A stretch of 64,000 nucleotides of DNA, taken from positions 77,202-141,201 of the forward strand of contig JBHIAC010000001.1 in assembly GCA_046758365.1 (NCBI GenBank). Reading direction: 5' to 3'. The notes below the pieces were generated by a model. That model was not told the DNA's origin, did not search any database, and saw only the letters and a program-made list of their open reading frames with translations. The DNA comes from a bacterium. Its GTDB lineage: Bacteria; Zhuqueibacterota; Zhuqueibacteria; Oceanimicrobiales; Oceanimicrobiaceae. Shown here piece by piece: positions 1-8,903 of the stretch (the first letter of the stretch is position 1; each line of letters starts with the position of its first letter). The translations under genes and the position numbers were made by a program.

Positions 1-444
1 GATAAAAACTTTACTTTTATCGATGGGCTAATTCCTTGGTATTCTAGTAAAATTGGTTTTGTTATTACAAAACATGACATGAGAAAAACAGGATCGTCTG
101 GATATTCGTTTCTGAAACTTGTACATCTGGCTCTAAACATGTACACGAATTTCTCAATTCTACCATTAAGAGTTGCATCAATTTTGGGAGTGATTTTTTC
201 AAGTATAGGGTTCTTTCTTGGATTTTACTTTATTATAAAGAAAGTAATTGGAGGCGTGGGAGTGAGTGGTTTTACTTCGCTGATTGTTTCGGTTACAATA
301 TTTTCCGGGGTTCAATTGCTTACTTTGGGTATTTTAGGGGAGTATATTGGAAGAATCGCCCTAAATATCAACAAATTGCCTCAATTCAAAATCAGGAATT
401 CGGAGGGATTTTTGAATAATCTTGAATCGAATTTTAATTATTAG
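1..444 (+). CDS. Family-2 glycosyltransferase, polyprenol-phosphate sugar transferase-like (ArnC/GtrB/DPM1-like), C-terminal part; 5' end outside window
   Basis: Frame 1 is open from nt 1 (DKNFTFIDGLIPWYSSKIGFVITKHD precedes the listed Met at 79). SGYSFLKLVHLALNMYTNFSILPLR, then two hydrophobic helices and GEYIGRI, is the usual C-terminus of membrane-anchored GT2 enzymes. Confidence 0.6.
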   Translation, partial: DKNFTFIDGLIPWYSSKIGFVITKHDMRKTGSSGYSFLKLVHLALNMYTNFSILPLRVASILGVIFSSIGFFLGFYFIIKKVIGGVGVSGFTSLIVSVTIFSGVQLLTLGILGEYIGRIALNINKLPQFKIRNSEGFLNNLESNFNY

Positions 445-455
445 GAAAAAGTTAA

Positions 456-1190
456 ATGAGAAAAGTTGCAATAATTCAATCAAGTTACATTCCATGGAAA
501 GGGTACTTTGATATTATTAACGAGGTTGATATTTTTATATTTTTGGAAGATGTCCAATTTACGAAAAGAGATTGGAGAAGTCGAAATAAAATAAAAACTT
601 CCAATGGAACTGAATGGATAACTATTCCGATTCTTGGAGGTAGGAATCAGATGCTCAGTGAGGCAAAAATTGATAATTCTCAAAATTGGCAAAAAAAGCA
701 CTTAAATAAGCTGCAATTTAATTACGCTAAGTCAAATTTTTTTGATGAGTATTTTGATGACCTAAAGAGCCTTTACGAAATGGATTGGGAATATTTGTCA
801 GACTTTAATATTGCTCTTACTAAATATATTTGTAATTTACTGAATATACGAGCTAAGTTATTAAAATCACAAGATATAGGTTCAGTTAGAACAAAGGATG
901 AGAAGCTGATTGATTTGGTTAAAAAAGTGGATGGCACTTGTTACATTTCAGGACCTGCTGCGAAAAGTTATATCGACCCCGATTTATTTTTTAACGCGGG
1001 AATAGAACTGAAATATAAAGATTATTCTGGATATCCGGAATATCCTCAATTACATCCACCATTTAATCATTACGTTACTATACTTGATTTGATTTTCAGC
1101 GTGGGCATGGATGCTGGTTATTACATTTGGGGCTGGAGGGAAGAGTTGAAAAGTAATATAAAAAAGTTAGAAACTGTGGTCGCAAACTGA
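456..1190 (+). CDS. WbqC-like family protein (unknown role in amino-sugar glycan synthesis)
   Basis: N-terminus KVAIIQSSYIPWKGYFDII..FTKRDWRSRNKIKT..WITIPI matches the WbqC family signature as I remember it. It sits directly upstream of a sugar aminotransferase, the usual context. Confidence 0.75.
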   Translation: MRKVAIIQSSYIPWKGYFDIINEVDIFIFLEDVQFTKRDWRSRNKIKTSNGTEWITIPILGGRNQMLSEAKIDNSQNWQKKHLNKLQFNYAKSNFFDEYFDDLKSLYEMDWEYLSDFNIALTKYICNLLNIRAKLLKSQDIGSVRTKDEKLIDLVKKVDGTCYISGPAAKSYIDPDLFFNAGIELKYKDYSGYPEYPQLHPPFNHYVTILDLIFSVGMDAGYYIWGWREELKSNIKKLETVVAN

Positions 1191-1210
1191 TTTAAGGACT
1201 ATTTAAAATC

Positions 1211-2404
1211 ATGATCGTGCCATTTAATAAACCTTGCCTTACTGGTAAGGAATTGCATTATATTTCAGAGTCAGTCCTCTCAGGTCAAATATCTGGTGAT
1301 GGCATTTTTACCCAAAAATGCCAAAAACTCCTTGAAGAAACATTTGATTCCAAAAAGGTGTTTATGACCACGTCGTGTACAGATGCTCTTGAAATGGCTT
1401 CAATATTAATAAACCTGAATCCCGGTGATGAAGTCATCGTCCCTTCTTTTACTTTTGTTTCTACAGTAAATGCCTTTTACTTACGGGCGGCACGACCAGT
1501 TTTTGTGGATATCAGGAAAGATACCTTGAATTTAGACGAAGCTCTTATCGAAGAAAAAGTAACCGAGCGAACAAAAGCCATTTTCCCTGTCCATTATGCT
1601 GGGGTCGCATGTGAGATGGATGAGATAATGAAAATTGCGCATCGCTTCAATCTCTATGTAGTCGAGGATGCGGCTCATGGTATGAATGCTACTTACAATG
1701 GCAAATACTTGGGTACCATCGGAGATTTCGGTGCGTTTAGTTTCCATGAAACAAAGAATTTCACATGTGGGGAAGGAGGCGCATTAATTATAAATGATGA
1801 AAAGTATATAGAAAGAGCTGAAATCGTAAGGGAAAAAGGAACTAATAGAAGTAAATTTTTCAGGGGAGAAGTTGATAAATATACATGGGTCGATATTGGT
1901 TCTTCTTTTTTGCCCTCTGATGTATTATCTGCATTCCTTTTTGCACAGCTAGAGTATATGGGTGAGATTACTGAGAAAAGGAAACGAATTTACAACCTAT
2001 ACTATGATAGTCTGATAGATCTACAATATGAAGGCAAGCTAATTCTGCCATTCATACCTGAAAACTGCACGACAAGCTATCATATGTTTTACATTTTATT
2101 ACCTAATGAGAACGAACGAAATTCATTAATGGAATTTTTAAAGGGAAAAGGGGTTCATGCAATTTTTCATTATATCCCATTGCATTCATCTCCCATTGGA
2201 GAATCTTTGGGTTATAAAAATGGTGATTTGCCCGTGACCGAGGAAATAAGCCAACGTATTTTAAGACTGCCATTTTACAATAGTTTGACAGAGAAAGAGC
2301 AAATTCATGTAATTGAAAGTGTAAAGATTTTTTTTAAGGGTGCTAAAGGAACAGCCGAAAAGTCTAATAACGCTCGTGCGAGTATCCTCACCGGCCCCGA
2401 TTAA
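1211..2404 (+). CDS. wecE: dTDP-4-amino-4,6-dideoxy-sugar transaminase, WecE/RffA-like (DegT/DnrJ/EryC1/StrS family)
   Basis: Collinear with E. coli WecE as I recall it: PFNKP..G.EL.YI, PSFTFVSTVNAF, VHYAGVACEMDEIM, FSFHETKN (PLP lysine), REKGTNRS.FFRGEVDKYTW.DIGSS, FHYIPLH. The last ~20 codons (..NNARASILTGPD) run into a GC-rich structured patch and may not be native. Confidence 0.85.
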   Translation: MIVPFNKPCLTGKELHYISESVLSGQISGDGIFTQKCQKLLEETFDSKKVFMTTSCTDALEMASILINLNPGDEVIVPSFTFVSTVNAFYLRAARPVFVDIRKDTLNLDEALIEEKVTERTKAIFPVHYAGVACEMDEIMKIAHRFNLYVVEDAAHGMNATYNGKYLGTIGDFGAFSFHETKNFTCGEGGALIINDEKYIERAEIVREKGTNRSKFFRGEVDKYTWVDIGSSFLPSDVLSAFLFAQLEYMGEITEKRKRIYNLYYDSLIDLQYEGKLILPFIPENCTTSYHMFYILLPNENERNSLMEFLKGKGVHAIFHYIPLHSSPIGESLGYKNGDLPVTEEISQRILRLPFYNSLTEKEQIHVIESVKIFFKGAKGTAEKSNNARASILTGPD

Positions 2405-2466
2405 TTCAAGAGGAAAGTCGGGGTCAGCATTTAAACTCTTATTTTTTTGTCCGGCGAGGACGCTCG
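2379..2466. repeat. GC-rich nested hairpin overlapping the 3' end of the wecE-like gene
   Basis: CGAGTATCCTCACCGG (2379-2394) pairs with CCGGCGAGGACGCTCG (2451-2466) at 14 of 16 positions, including one G-U. The inner pair CCCCGA (2395-2400)/TCGGGG (2418-2423) is perfect. The TAA stop sits in the inner loop. Confidence 0.65.
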
Positions 2467-2595
2467 ACAGAGCCCAGTAAGTAGTGTTCAGTCAGACCTC
2501 TATACGTTATTTGCATCGGCGACTAAAATTAAAGAAATTTTGTAAATAATTAGTAAATTGAGAGCAAGTTAGTCAGTATTAAATAAAAAATTATA

Positions 2596-4530
2596 ATGAA
2601 CAATAAAACTAATATCTTTAATCAAAATTATTTTTATCTATTTAGTATTTACTTTTTAATTTTAGTTTATACTATATCTTTTAGTTTACTTTCGATTTCG
2701 CGTTTTGAGAGTTTTAACTCAGGTATATATGATATGGGCATCATGGATCAAACGGTTTGGAATACCAGTCACGGGCGGTTATTAATTGAAAGTGTAAATT
2801 TGGGATATCCGATTTCTAGGATTTGGTCAGCCCATTGGGAAATTATTTTTCTACCTTTGTCTTTGTTTTACCATGTATGGGCCTCGCCAAAATTTTTGTT
2901 GATATTACAGTCTTTAGTTGTTGCATTAGGGGCTATGCCTTTATATCGGCTAACAAAAGAGAAACTTGGAAATCACCTGGCCGTGATTATAATACCACTT
3001 GCTTATCTTTTATATCCGGCTTTACAAAACGCCAATTTATTTGATGTACATGGTGTGACTTTTGCGACTTCATTTCTAATTTTTACATTCTATTTTTTAA
3101 AACAGGGGAAAAAACTATTTCTTTGGGTATTCTTTGCCCTCTCACTTTTATGCAGAGAAGACAGTTCGCTTATACTATTTATGTTTGGACTTTACGCTAT
3201 CTTTCTGTTAAAAAATAGGCGTACTGGGGTTCTAATGGTGTTGATAAGTGTAAGTTGGTTTCTACTTTATTTCAATAAAGGCCAAGTGCGAGAATTATTG
3301 GGACTATCTGAGGTTGTTCGAACAATTGAAATACCCGGCCGTTGGGATCACTTGGGTGGCGGTGGACTCTTTGGAGTGGTAATATATATTTTGACTAATC
3401 CCAAGGTAATATTTAATTTATTATTTACAGCGGAAAATCTAGAATATCTTATAAAACTCTTTGCCCCATTGGCCTTTATATGTTTGTTAGCACCTGATAT
3501 AATGATTCTTGCTGCTCCAATTTTTCTGATAAATTTACTGAGCTCATCCCCATTTACACACGGCATAGAACATCATTATAATGCTACGATAATTCCGATT
3601 TTATTTATTGCAACGATTTATGGTATTAAGAGGCTAAGTGATTTTTGCAGCCGCATAAAGATGAAAATATCGTTTCTAGAAAGATTAAGATTTGTGAACA
3701 GTACTTTTTTTAGTTTAATAGTTCTTCTTTTGTGTTTACTGGCTTTTATTTTTAAATCTAAGGCTTGGGCAGCTCGGAATTGGGTGAGAACTTCTCATCA
3801 TGATGTGATTGAAAATATAATAAAAAGTATACCACAACAAGCATCACTGGCTACGACCAACATGCTTGGCGCTCACGCGGCTCATCGAGAGGAACTTTAC
3901 ATTTTACCAATGAATGTCGAAACGGCTGATTATATTCTATATGATTTCTATCGTTCGTTTGATTATTTAAAAGCCATGGAGACCTATGAGATGCCAAAAG
4001 TGAAGCCGATCAATAGGTATAGCCTGGCTCTACTGGCGGATACGAGTTTAGGTATCATACAATATGAAGAAGGAGTAGCCTTATTTAAACGGGGTGCAGA
4101 TTATTTGGCTGGAATTAGGCAGTTAGCTCTTGAAGAAGATTTGCAGGCCATACAAAATCAGAGTAAGATTTTACTTCCTGGGGGAATCGAATTATTAGGG
4201 TATACTAAAAGAAATAAAGTTGGTGTTTGGCGAGGTACAGTTCATTTAACAGTATATTGGCGGGCATCAAAGTCGCTCTTCCATGATTTGAAATTTACAT
4301 TAAAAATTGAAAACAAGGATTTCGAAAAAATTATTGAACATACACCAGTCTTTAGTGTTTTTCCAACCCATTATTGGAATGAAGGTGAAATTGTTCGCGA
4401 TGAAATCTACATTGAAATACCTAAAAGTAAACATGGGAATCAATTTTCGATGTACGGGGCAGTTAACACAATAGGTAATCATAAAAGTGCAGATGATTTC
4501 ATCCACTTATTTGATTTTTATGTAGAATAA
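2596..4530 (+). CDS. DUF2079 family polytopic membrane protein (GT-C-like) with soluble C-terminal domain
   Basis: 644 aa. Many TM helices over the first ~400 aa. The N-terminal loop motif FNSGIYDMGIMDQTVWN is the DUF2079 hallmark as I recall it. Confidence 0.7.
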   Translation: MNNKTNIFNQNYFYLFSIYFLILVYTISFSLLSISRFESFNSGIYDMGIMDQTVWNTSHGRLLIESVNLGYPISRIWSAHWEIIFLPLSLFYHVWASPKFLLILQSLVVALGAMPLYRLTKEKLGNHLAVIIIPLAYLLYPALQNANLFDVHGVTFATSFLIFTFYFLKQGKKLFLWVFFALSLLCREDSSLILFMFGLYAIFLLKNRRTGVLMVLISVSWFLLYFNKGQVRELLGLSEVVRTIEIPGRWDHLGGGGLFGVVIYILTNPKVIFNLLFTAENLEYLIKLFAPLAFICLLAPDIMILAAPIFLINLLSSSPFTHGIEHHYNATIIPILFIATIYGIKRLSDFCSRIKMKISFLERLRFVNSTFFSLIVLLLCLLAFIFKSKAWAARNWVRTSHHDVIENIIKSIPQQASLATTNMLGAHAAHREELYILPMNVETADYILYDFYRSFDYLKAMETYEMPKVKPINRYSLALLADTSLGIIQYEEGVALFKRGADYLAGIRQLALEEDLQAIQNQSKILLPGGIELLGYTKRNKVGVWRGTVHLTVYWRASKSLFHDLKFTLKIENKDFEKIIEHTPVFSVFPTHYWNEGEIVRDEIYIEIPKSKHGNQFSMYGAVNTIGNHKSADDFIHLFDFYVE

Positions 4531-4633
4531 AAGCTGACCTTCTTATTTTGTGAAAATTATAATGATTATTAATGAGTTACGTAAAAATATTAAAATAGAT
4601 TTTTTAATAAAAATTAAAAGAAGGTCAGCTTTT
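4529..4633 (+). repeat. Palindromic intergenic element, copy A
   Basis: AAAAGCTGACCTTCTT (4529-4544) is the perfect reverse complement of AAGAAGGTCAGCTTTT (4618-4633). The interior is 73 nt and AT-rich. The element starts inside the upstream TAA stop. Confidence 0.85.
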
Positions 4634-4645
4634 TGCAGTTTAGTC

Positions 4646-6121
4646 ATGAATAATTTTCTATTAAAATTGATGCCAATTAAAAGAATGAGTGATCCGGGAG
4701 TCATCATACTTGTAGCTGTGTTTACAGTTTCGGCATTTATTCTTTTAACCCCATGGATATATGGCCACGGCGTGGGATATTATGCCTGGCTGCGAAGTTT
4801 GTTTTTTGATGGTAATCTGGATTGTACCAATGAGTTTCAACACTATATAGAAATCTTTCAAAAAGAATATGGCTGGCAAGGGGTAACCGATGATTTAACG
4901 ATTATCAGAACTGAAACAGGTTTACAAAGCAATAAATACCAGCTCGGATCGGCCATTTTATGGCTGCCATTTTTTCTTATTGGGCATCTAATAACCCTCC
5001 TGATTAATACTTTCGGAGGTAATTTAGCTGTAGACGGATATTCTAAATTTTATGTGTTAATGATCTCAATTGGATCAGCACTGTATGGTTTTATAGGATT
5101 ACTTTTAGCTTATTTTTTATCTCGAAAGTTTTTCTCTATTAAGATCTCTTTATTAGCTTCGATAGGTATTTGGTTCGCTTCCTCGACGGTATTTTATATT
5201 TATTTGCATCCATCTCTGTCCCATGCCAATGAAATTTTTGTTGTTTCATTGTTTATATATTATTGGTATCAACATGCCATAAAAGGGAATAGTTTGAATT
5301 GGGCAATCTTAGGTTTAATTGGTGGACTGATGCTGGCTGTGCGGATGGAAAATGTTGTTTTTTGTTTATTACCCTTCATTAGTTTAATGAAAAAATTAAA
5401 GGAAAACTTTACGGAGCAAAAAAGGGAAAAATATTCTCAGCTTTTATACAACGGGTTAATTTTTTTAGGTACATTGATTTTGGGATTTCTTCCCCAAATG
5501 CTGGTTTGGAAAGCAGTTTATGGAAAATATATATTAAATAGCTACGGCGCTCACTTTGTTCTTGTTCATCCGGTACTTAGCAATGAAATAGGTGATGCTG
5601 GTACTGGTGATACGAGTTTCTTCAAATTTCTTACTCACCCTCATTTGTTCAATACCTTCTTCGGTTCAGACAAAGGTCTTTTTTTATGGACACCAATTAT
5701 TATCTTTTCTTTCATTGGTCTTGTTATTCTGTTTAAGAAAGAAAGAATTTTAATAGCTTCCTTATTTATTACCTTTTTTACTTTTGCATATATTGTAAGC
5801 TGTGCTGGAGGAGGGGGGGCTTCTTTTGGTGCCAGATATCTAGTACGTTGTTCTCTAATATTCATTTTGGGTTTAGCTGGATTTATGAGTTTCTTGTCAA
5901 ATAAGTTGAAATCTATTTATTTATTTGGTTTTGTGTTGTTATTTATGATTTGGAATAATTTTTTTATTATCCAATATGCCACAGGGATGGTCAACCGCGC
6001 AGGTCCAGTAAATTGGACTAAAATGGTTAGAAATCAATTTACCAAAGTCCCACAATTTTTATTAACAAAAGGTACAGGATTTCTGACTGAAAGAAATAAA
6101 TCCTATAAAAATAATAACTGA
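4646..6121 (+). CDS. Polytopic membrane protein, GT-C-fold glycosyltransferase-like
   Basis: About 12 TM helices. The first periplasmic loop carries an acidic motif (YYAWLRSLFFDGNLDCTNEF) like the DxD/ExD loop of GT-C enzymes. The listed ORF start 4550 translates a palindromic repeat, so ATG 4646 (or 4670/4686) is more plausible. Confidence 0.55.
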   Translation: MNNFLLKLMPIKRMSDPGVIILVAVFTVSAFILLTPWIYGHGVGYYAWLRSLFFDGNLDCTNEFQHYIEIFQKEYGWQGVTDDLTIIRTETGLQSNKYQLGSAILWLPFFLIGHLITLLINTFGGNLAVDGYSKFYVLMISIGSALYGFIGLLLAYFLSRKFFSIKISLLASIGIWFASSTVFYIYLHPSLSHANEIFVVSLFIYYWYQHAIKGNSLNWAILGLIGGLMLAVRMENVVFCLLPFISLMKKLKENFTEQKREKYSQLLYNGLIFLGTLILGFLPQMLVWKAVYGKYILNSYGAHFVLVHPVLSNEIGDAGTGDTSFFKFLTHPHLFNTFFGSDKGLFLWTPIIIFSFIGLVILFKKERILIASLFITFFTFAYIVSCAGGGGASFGARYLVRCSLIFILGLAGFMSFLSNKLKSIYLFGFVLLFMIWNNFFIIQYATGMVNRAGPVNWTKMVRNQFTKVPQFLLTKGTGFLTERNKSYKNNN

Positions 6122-6144
6122 TAACTACTTAATTAAGGTGTTCA

Positions 6145-7161
6145 ATGTATTTAGAAGAACTAAAAAAATGCTACGAAAATAAGAAAGTTTTGATTACGGG
6201 TGGTTTAGGATTTATAGGCAGCAATTTAGCTATTCGATTGGTTGAACTCAATGCAGAAGTTACTTGTGTGGACAACATGTTACCCCGTCAGGGTGGCAAT
6301 CTTTTTAATGTCCAGGATATTAGGGATAAAGTCAAGATAGACTTTTCTGATATCCGCAACGAACTTTCTATGAGATTTCTGGTGAAAGACAAAGATTTTG
6401 TGTTCCATTTAGCCGGTCAGGTTAATCATATTGAAAGTATCCGCAGCCCTTTAAAAGACCTTGATATTAACTGCACAGGTACATTAGTTCTATTAGAAGC
6501 CTGTCGCAACAATAGCCCGGATGTGAAAGTAATTTTCTCTGGTACCCGCGGACAGTATGGTCCAAGCGCGAAACTACCCGTGGATGAGGAGCATCCGATG
6601 AATCCTAAAGGTATTTATGCTATTACCAACATGGCTGCTGAAAAAATGATTTTGGTATATCATGAGGTTAACAATATCAAGGGAACCTGTTTACGCCTCA
6701 CCAATACTTATGGGCCGCGGCATCAAATGATGCATGATGAATATGGTGTCGTAAATTGGTTTATTCGGAAAAGTTTAGATAATGAAACGATTAATGTTTT
6801 TGGTGATGGTAGTATTGTTCGAGACTATTTATATATAGACGATGCAGTCGATGCACTTCTTATGGTGGGGGCTTCTGAACAGGCCTATGGTCAAGTGTTT
6901 AACATTGGAGGTGAAATCTCTGTCAGTTTTATTGACTTAGCCAAAAAAATAATAGAGATTGCTGGTACAGGATCTATTAATTTTACCGAATTTACAAAAG
7001 AACGCAAGGAATTGGAACCCGGAGATTATATCGCTGATATTACAAAAGTTAAGTATATGGTTGGATGGGAGCCGAAGGTTAGTTTGGAAGATGGGTTGCG
7101 CCGCACTATCCAATTCTATAGTATTCATAAACATAAGTATTGGGGTGGGAATAATGCTTAG
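6145..7161 (+). CDS. NAD-dependent nucleotide-sugar epimerase/dehydratase (extended SDR)
   Basis: N-terminal Rossmann motif VLITGGLGFIGSNL. Size (338 aa) and overall pattern fit UDP/dTDP-sugar epimerase/dehydratases. Confidence 0.8.
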   Translation: MYLEELKKCYENKKVLITGGLGFIGSNLAIRLVELNAEVTCVDNMLPRQGGNLFNVQDIRDKVKIDFSDIRNELSMRFLVKDKDFVFHLAGQVNHIESIRSPLKDLDINCTGTLVLLEACRNNSPDVKVIFSGTRGQYGPSAKLPVDEEHPMNPKGIYAITNMAAEKMILVYHEVNNIKGTCLRLTNTYGPRHQMMHDEYGVVNWFIRKSLDNETINVFGDGSIVRDYLYIDDAVDALLMVGASEQAYGQVFNIGGEISVSFIDLAKKIIEIAGTGSINFTEFTKERKELEPGDYIADITKVKYMVGWEPKVSLEDGLRRTIQFYSIHKHKYWGGNNA

Positions 7162-7792
7162 AACGGGCAAAGATTGGTCTAAAAATGCTAAAATCGATGA
7201 GGGAGTCATCATTGGATACCCGCCTGATCGTAACATCGAGAACCTCAATTTGATTATGGGCGAAAATCCCCGACTGAGAAGTGGAACTGTTATTTATCAA
7301 GGATCAAAAATAGGTAAAAATTTTCAGACGGGTCACAATGTCATAATCCGTGAGGAAAATCAAATTGGCGAAAATGTGGTGGTAGCAAGTAATTCTGTGG
7401 TTGACTACGGTTGTACGATCGGCAACAATGTAAAAATTCACTGTAATGTTTATGTGGCTCAATATACTATTATTGAGGATGATGTCTTTATCGCTCCGGG
7501 AGTCGTAATTGCTAATGATCCTCATCCTGGATGTGAATTTTCAAAACCGTGTATGAAAGGGCCTACCATTAAGAAAGGTGCACAAATAGGCGTTAATGTA
7601 ACTTTGCTGCCGTACATTGTAATTGGTAAAAAAGTTCTGGTTGGCTCAGGCTCTGTGGTGACTAAAGATGTTCCTGATGAATCAGTCGCGGTTGGTAATC
7701 CGGCAAAGATTGTCGGTTCAATTTATGATATTGAGTGTTTTACTGGATTAACTGATAAGCCATATAAAAAAATAGGTTCAAATAACTTATGA
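7154..7792 (+). CDS. Hexapeptide-repeat (LbH) sugar N-acyltransferase
   Basis: Left-handed beta-helix repeats (IGENVVVASNSVVDYGCTIGNNVKIHCNVYVAQYTIIEDDVFIAPGVVIAND; IGVNVTLLPYIVIGKKVLVGSGSVVTKDV). ATG 7154 overlaps the preceding stop (ATGCTTAG). The listed ORF part 6959-7153 overlaps the epimerase gene. Confidence 0.8.
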   Translation: MLRTGKDWSKNAKIDEGVIIGYPPDRNIENLNLIMGENPRLRSGTVIYQGSKIGKNFQTGHNVIIREENQIGENVVVASNSVVDYGCTIGNNVKIHCNVYVAQYTIIEDDVFIAPGVVIANDPHPGCEFSKPCMKGPTIKKGAQIGVNVTLLPYIVIGKKVLVGSGSVVTKDVPDESVAVGNPAKIVGSIYDIECFTGLTDKPYKKIGSNNL

Positions 7793-8895
7793 GAGTTCCG
7801 TTTGTTGATCTGCTTCAACATCATGCGAATATTCGAGAAGAAATCAATGGTGCTATCGCAAGGATTATTGACGAAGGTAATTTTATTTTAGGAAAGAATG
7901 TACGACTGTTTGAAGAAGAATTTGCAAACTACTGCGGGGTAAAATATGGTGTGGGGGTAGCCTCCGGTACCGATGCATTGCATTTGTCGCTTAGGGCTTG
8001 TGAAGTTGGACCTGGAGATGAGGTAATTACCTCAGCAAATACTTTTTATGCCACCGTATTAGCGATAACTATGACCGGGGCCAAACCGGTTTTGGTCGAT
8101 AACCATCCGAATACTTACACTATGGATATCGAAAAATTAGAAACAGTCATAAGTGAGAAGACGAAAGCTATTATCCCGGTGCATCTCTATGGTCAGATGA
8201 CGACCCATATAGATAGACTATTAGAGATATCTCAACGGCGGGGGATTTGGGTTATTGAAGATGCCTGTCAAGCGCATGGGGCTGAATATAAAGGGCGAAA
8301 AGCAGGAAGTTGGGGAGAGCTAGCCTGCTTTAGTTTCTATCCAGTTAAAAACTTAGGGGCTTTAGGAGATGCCGGCCTCGTTGTTTCAAATAATGAAACC
8401 ATCATTATGCATTTGCGGCAAATGCGGAATTTGGGGGAAAAGCAAAAGTATCAACATGTACTTAAAGGGTTTAATAGCCGTATGGACGAAATCCAAGCGA
8501 TTATTTTACATGTAAAGTTAAAATATCTAAATCGATGGAATAAGCAACGTCAGCGTATTGCAAGAATTTATCGAGATACCTTAAATCCACAAGTTTGTCA
8601 ATTACCCGTTGAAGCTGAAGGATGTAAACATGTTTATCACCTATTTGTTGTTCGAGTTAAGCATCGGGAGTCATTACAACAATTTTTGCGACAAGCTGGA
8701 ATTAGTACTTTAATTCATTATCCTTATCCTATTCATTTACAACAAGCCTTTTCCGATTTGGGATATAAAAAGGGTGATTTCCCGATAGCAGAAAAATACG
8801 CTGAAGAAATCCTATCCTTGCCACTTTATCCTGAAATGAAAGAGGCATCCGCTCATTATGTAGCTCAAAAAATTAATGAATTCTATTTAACATAG
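7789..8895 (+). CDS. DegT/DnrJ/EryC1/StrS family sugar aminotransferase
   Basis: Motifs GVASGTDALHLSL, DEVITSANTFYATV, IIPVHLYGQ, DACQAHGAEYKG, FSFYPVKNLGALGDAG (PLP lysine). ATGA start/stop overlap with the acyltransferase gene. Confidence 0.85.
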   Translation: MRVPFVDLLQHHANIREEINGAIARIIDEGNFILGKNVRLFEEEFANYCGVKYGVGVASGTDALHLSLRACEVGPGDEVITSANTFYATVLAITMTGAKPVLVDNHPNTYTMDIEKLETVISEKTKAIIPVHLYGQMTTHIDRLLEISQRRGIWVIEDACQAHGAEYKGRKAGSWGELACFSFYPVKNLGALGDAGLVVSNNETIIMHLRQMRNLGEKQKYQHVLKGFNSRMDEIQAIILHVKLKYLNRWNKQRQRIARIYRDTLNPQVCQLPVEAEGCKHVYHLFVVRVKHRESLQQFLRQAGISTLIHYPYPIHLQQAFSDLGYKKGDFPIAEKYAEEILSLPLYPEMKEASAHYVAQKINEFYLT

Positions 8896-8903
8896 GACAA
8901 GCC

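Noticed and set aside
2408-2478. GAGGAAAGTCGGGG (2410-2423) resembles the RNase P RNA CR-I/P4 motif GAGGAAAGUCCGGGC, and GACAGAGCCCAGTAAG (2467-2482) loosely resembles the P4 3' strand ACAGAACCCGGCUUA.
   Set aside because: The available non-coding space is under ~250 nt. The two candidate P4 strands are not complementary to each other. None of the other conserved RNase P blocks (specificity-domain motifs, GGUAA/AGCAAGG-type regions) are visible. This is more likely a GC-rich repeat or structured insert.
4529-4633. Interpretation of the palindromic elements as classical MITEs.
   Set aside because: I see no target-site duplication flanking copies A or B, and there is no transposase in the window. 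The consistent orientation and stop-codon abutment also argue for a transcript-level function. It is not fully excluded without genome-wide data.
4550-4645. N-terminal 32 codons of the listed ORF 4550..6121 (MKIIMIINELRKNIKIDFLIKIKRRSAFCSLV).
   Set aside because: This is a read-through of the AT-rich interior and right arm of palindromic element copy A, and the same sequence is non-coding at the other copies. The start was moved to ATG 4646.
6959-7153. Upstream extension of the acyltransferase ORF.
   Set aside because: It overlaps the 3' end of the epimerase gene in another frame and has no hexapeptide or conserved features. ATG 7154 gives a typical ATG/stop overlap.
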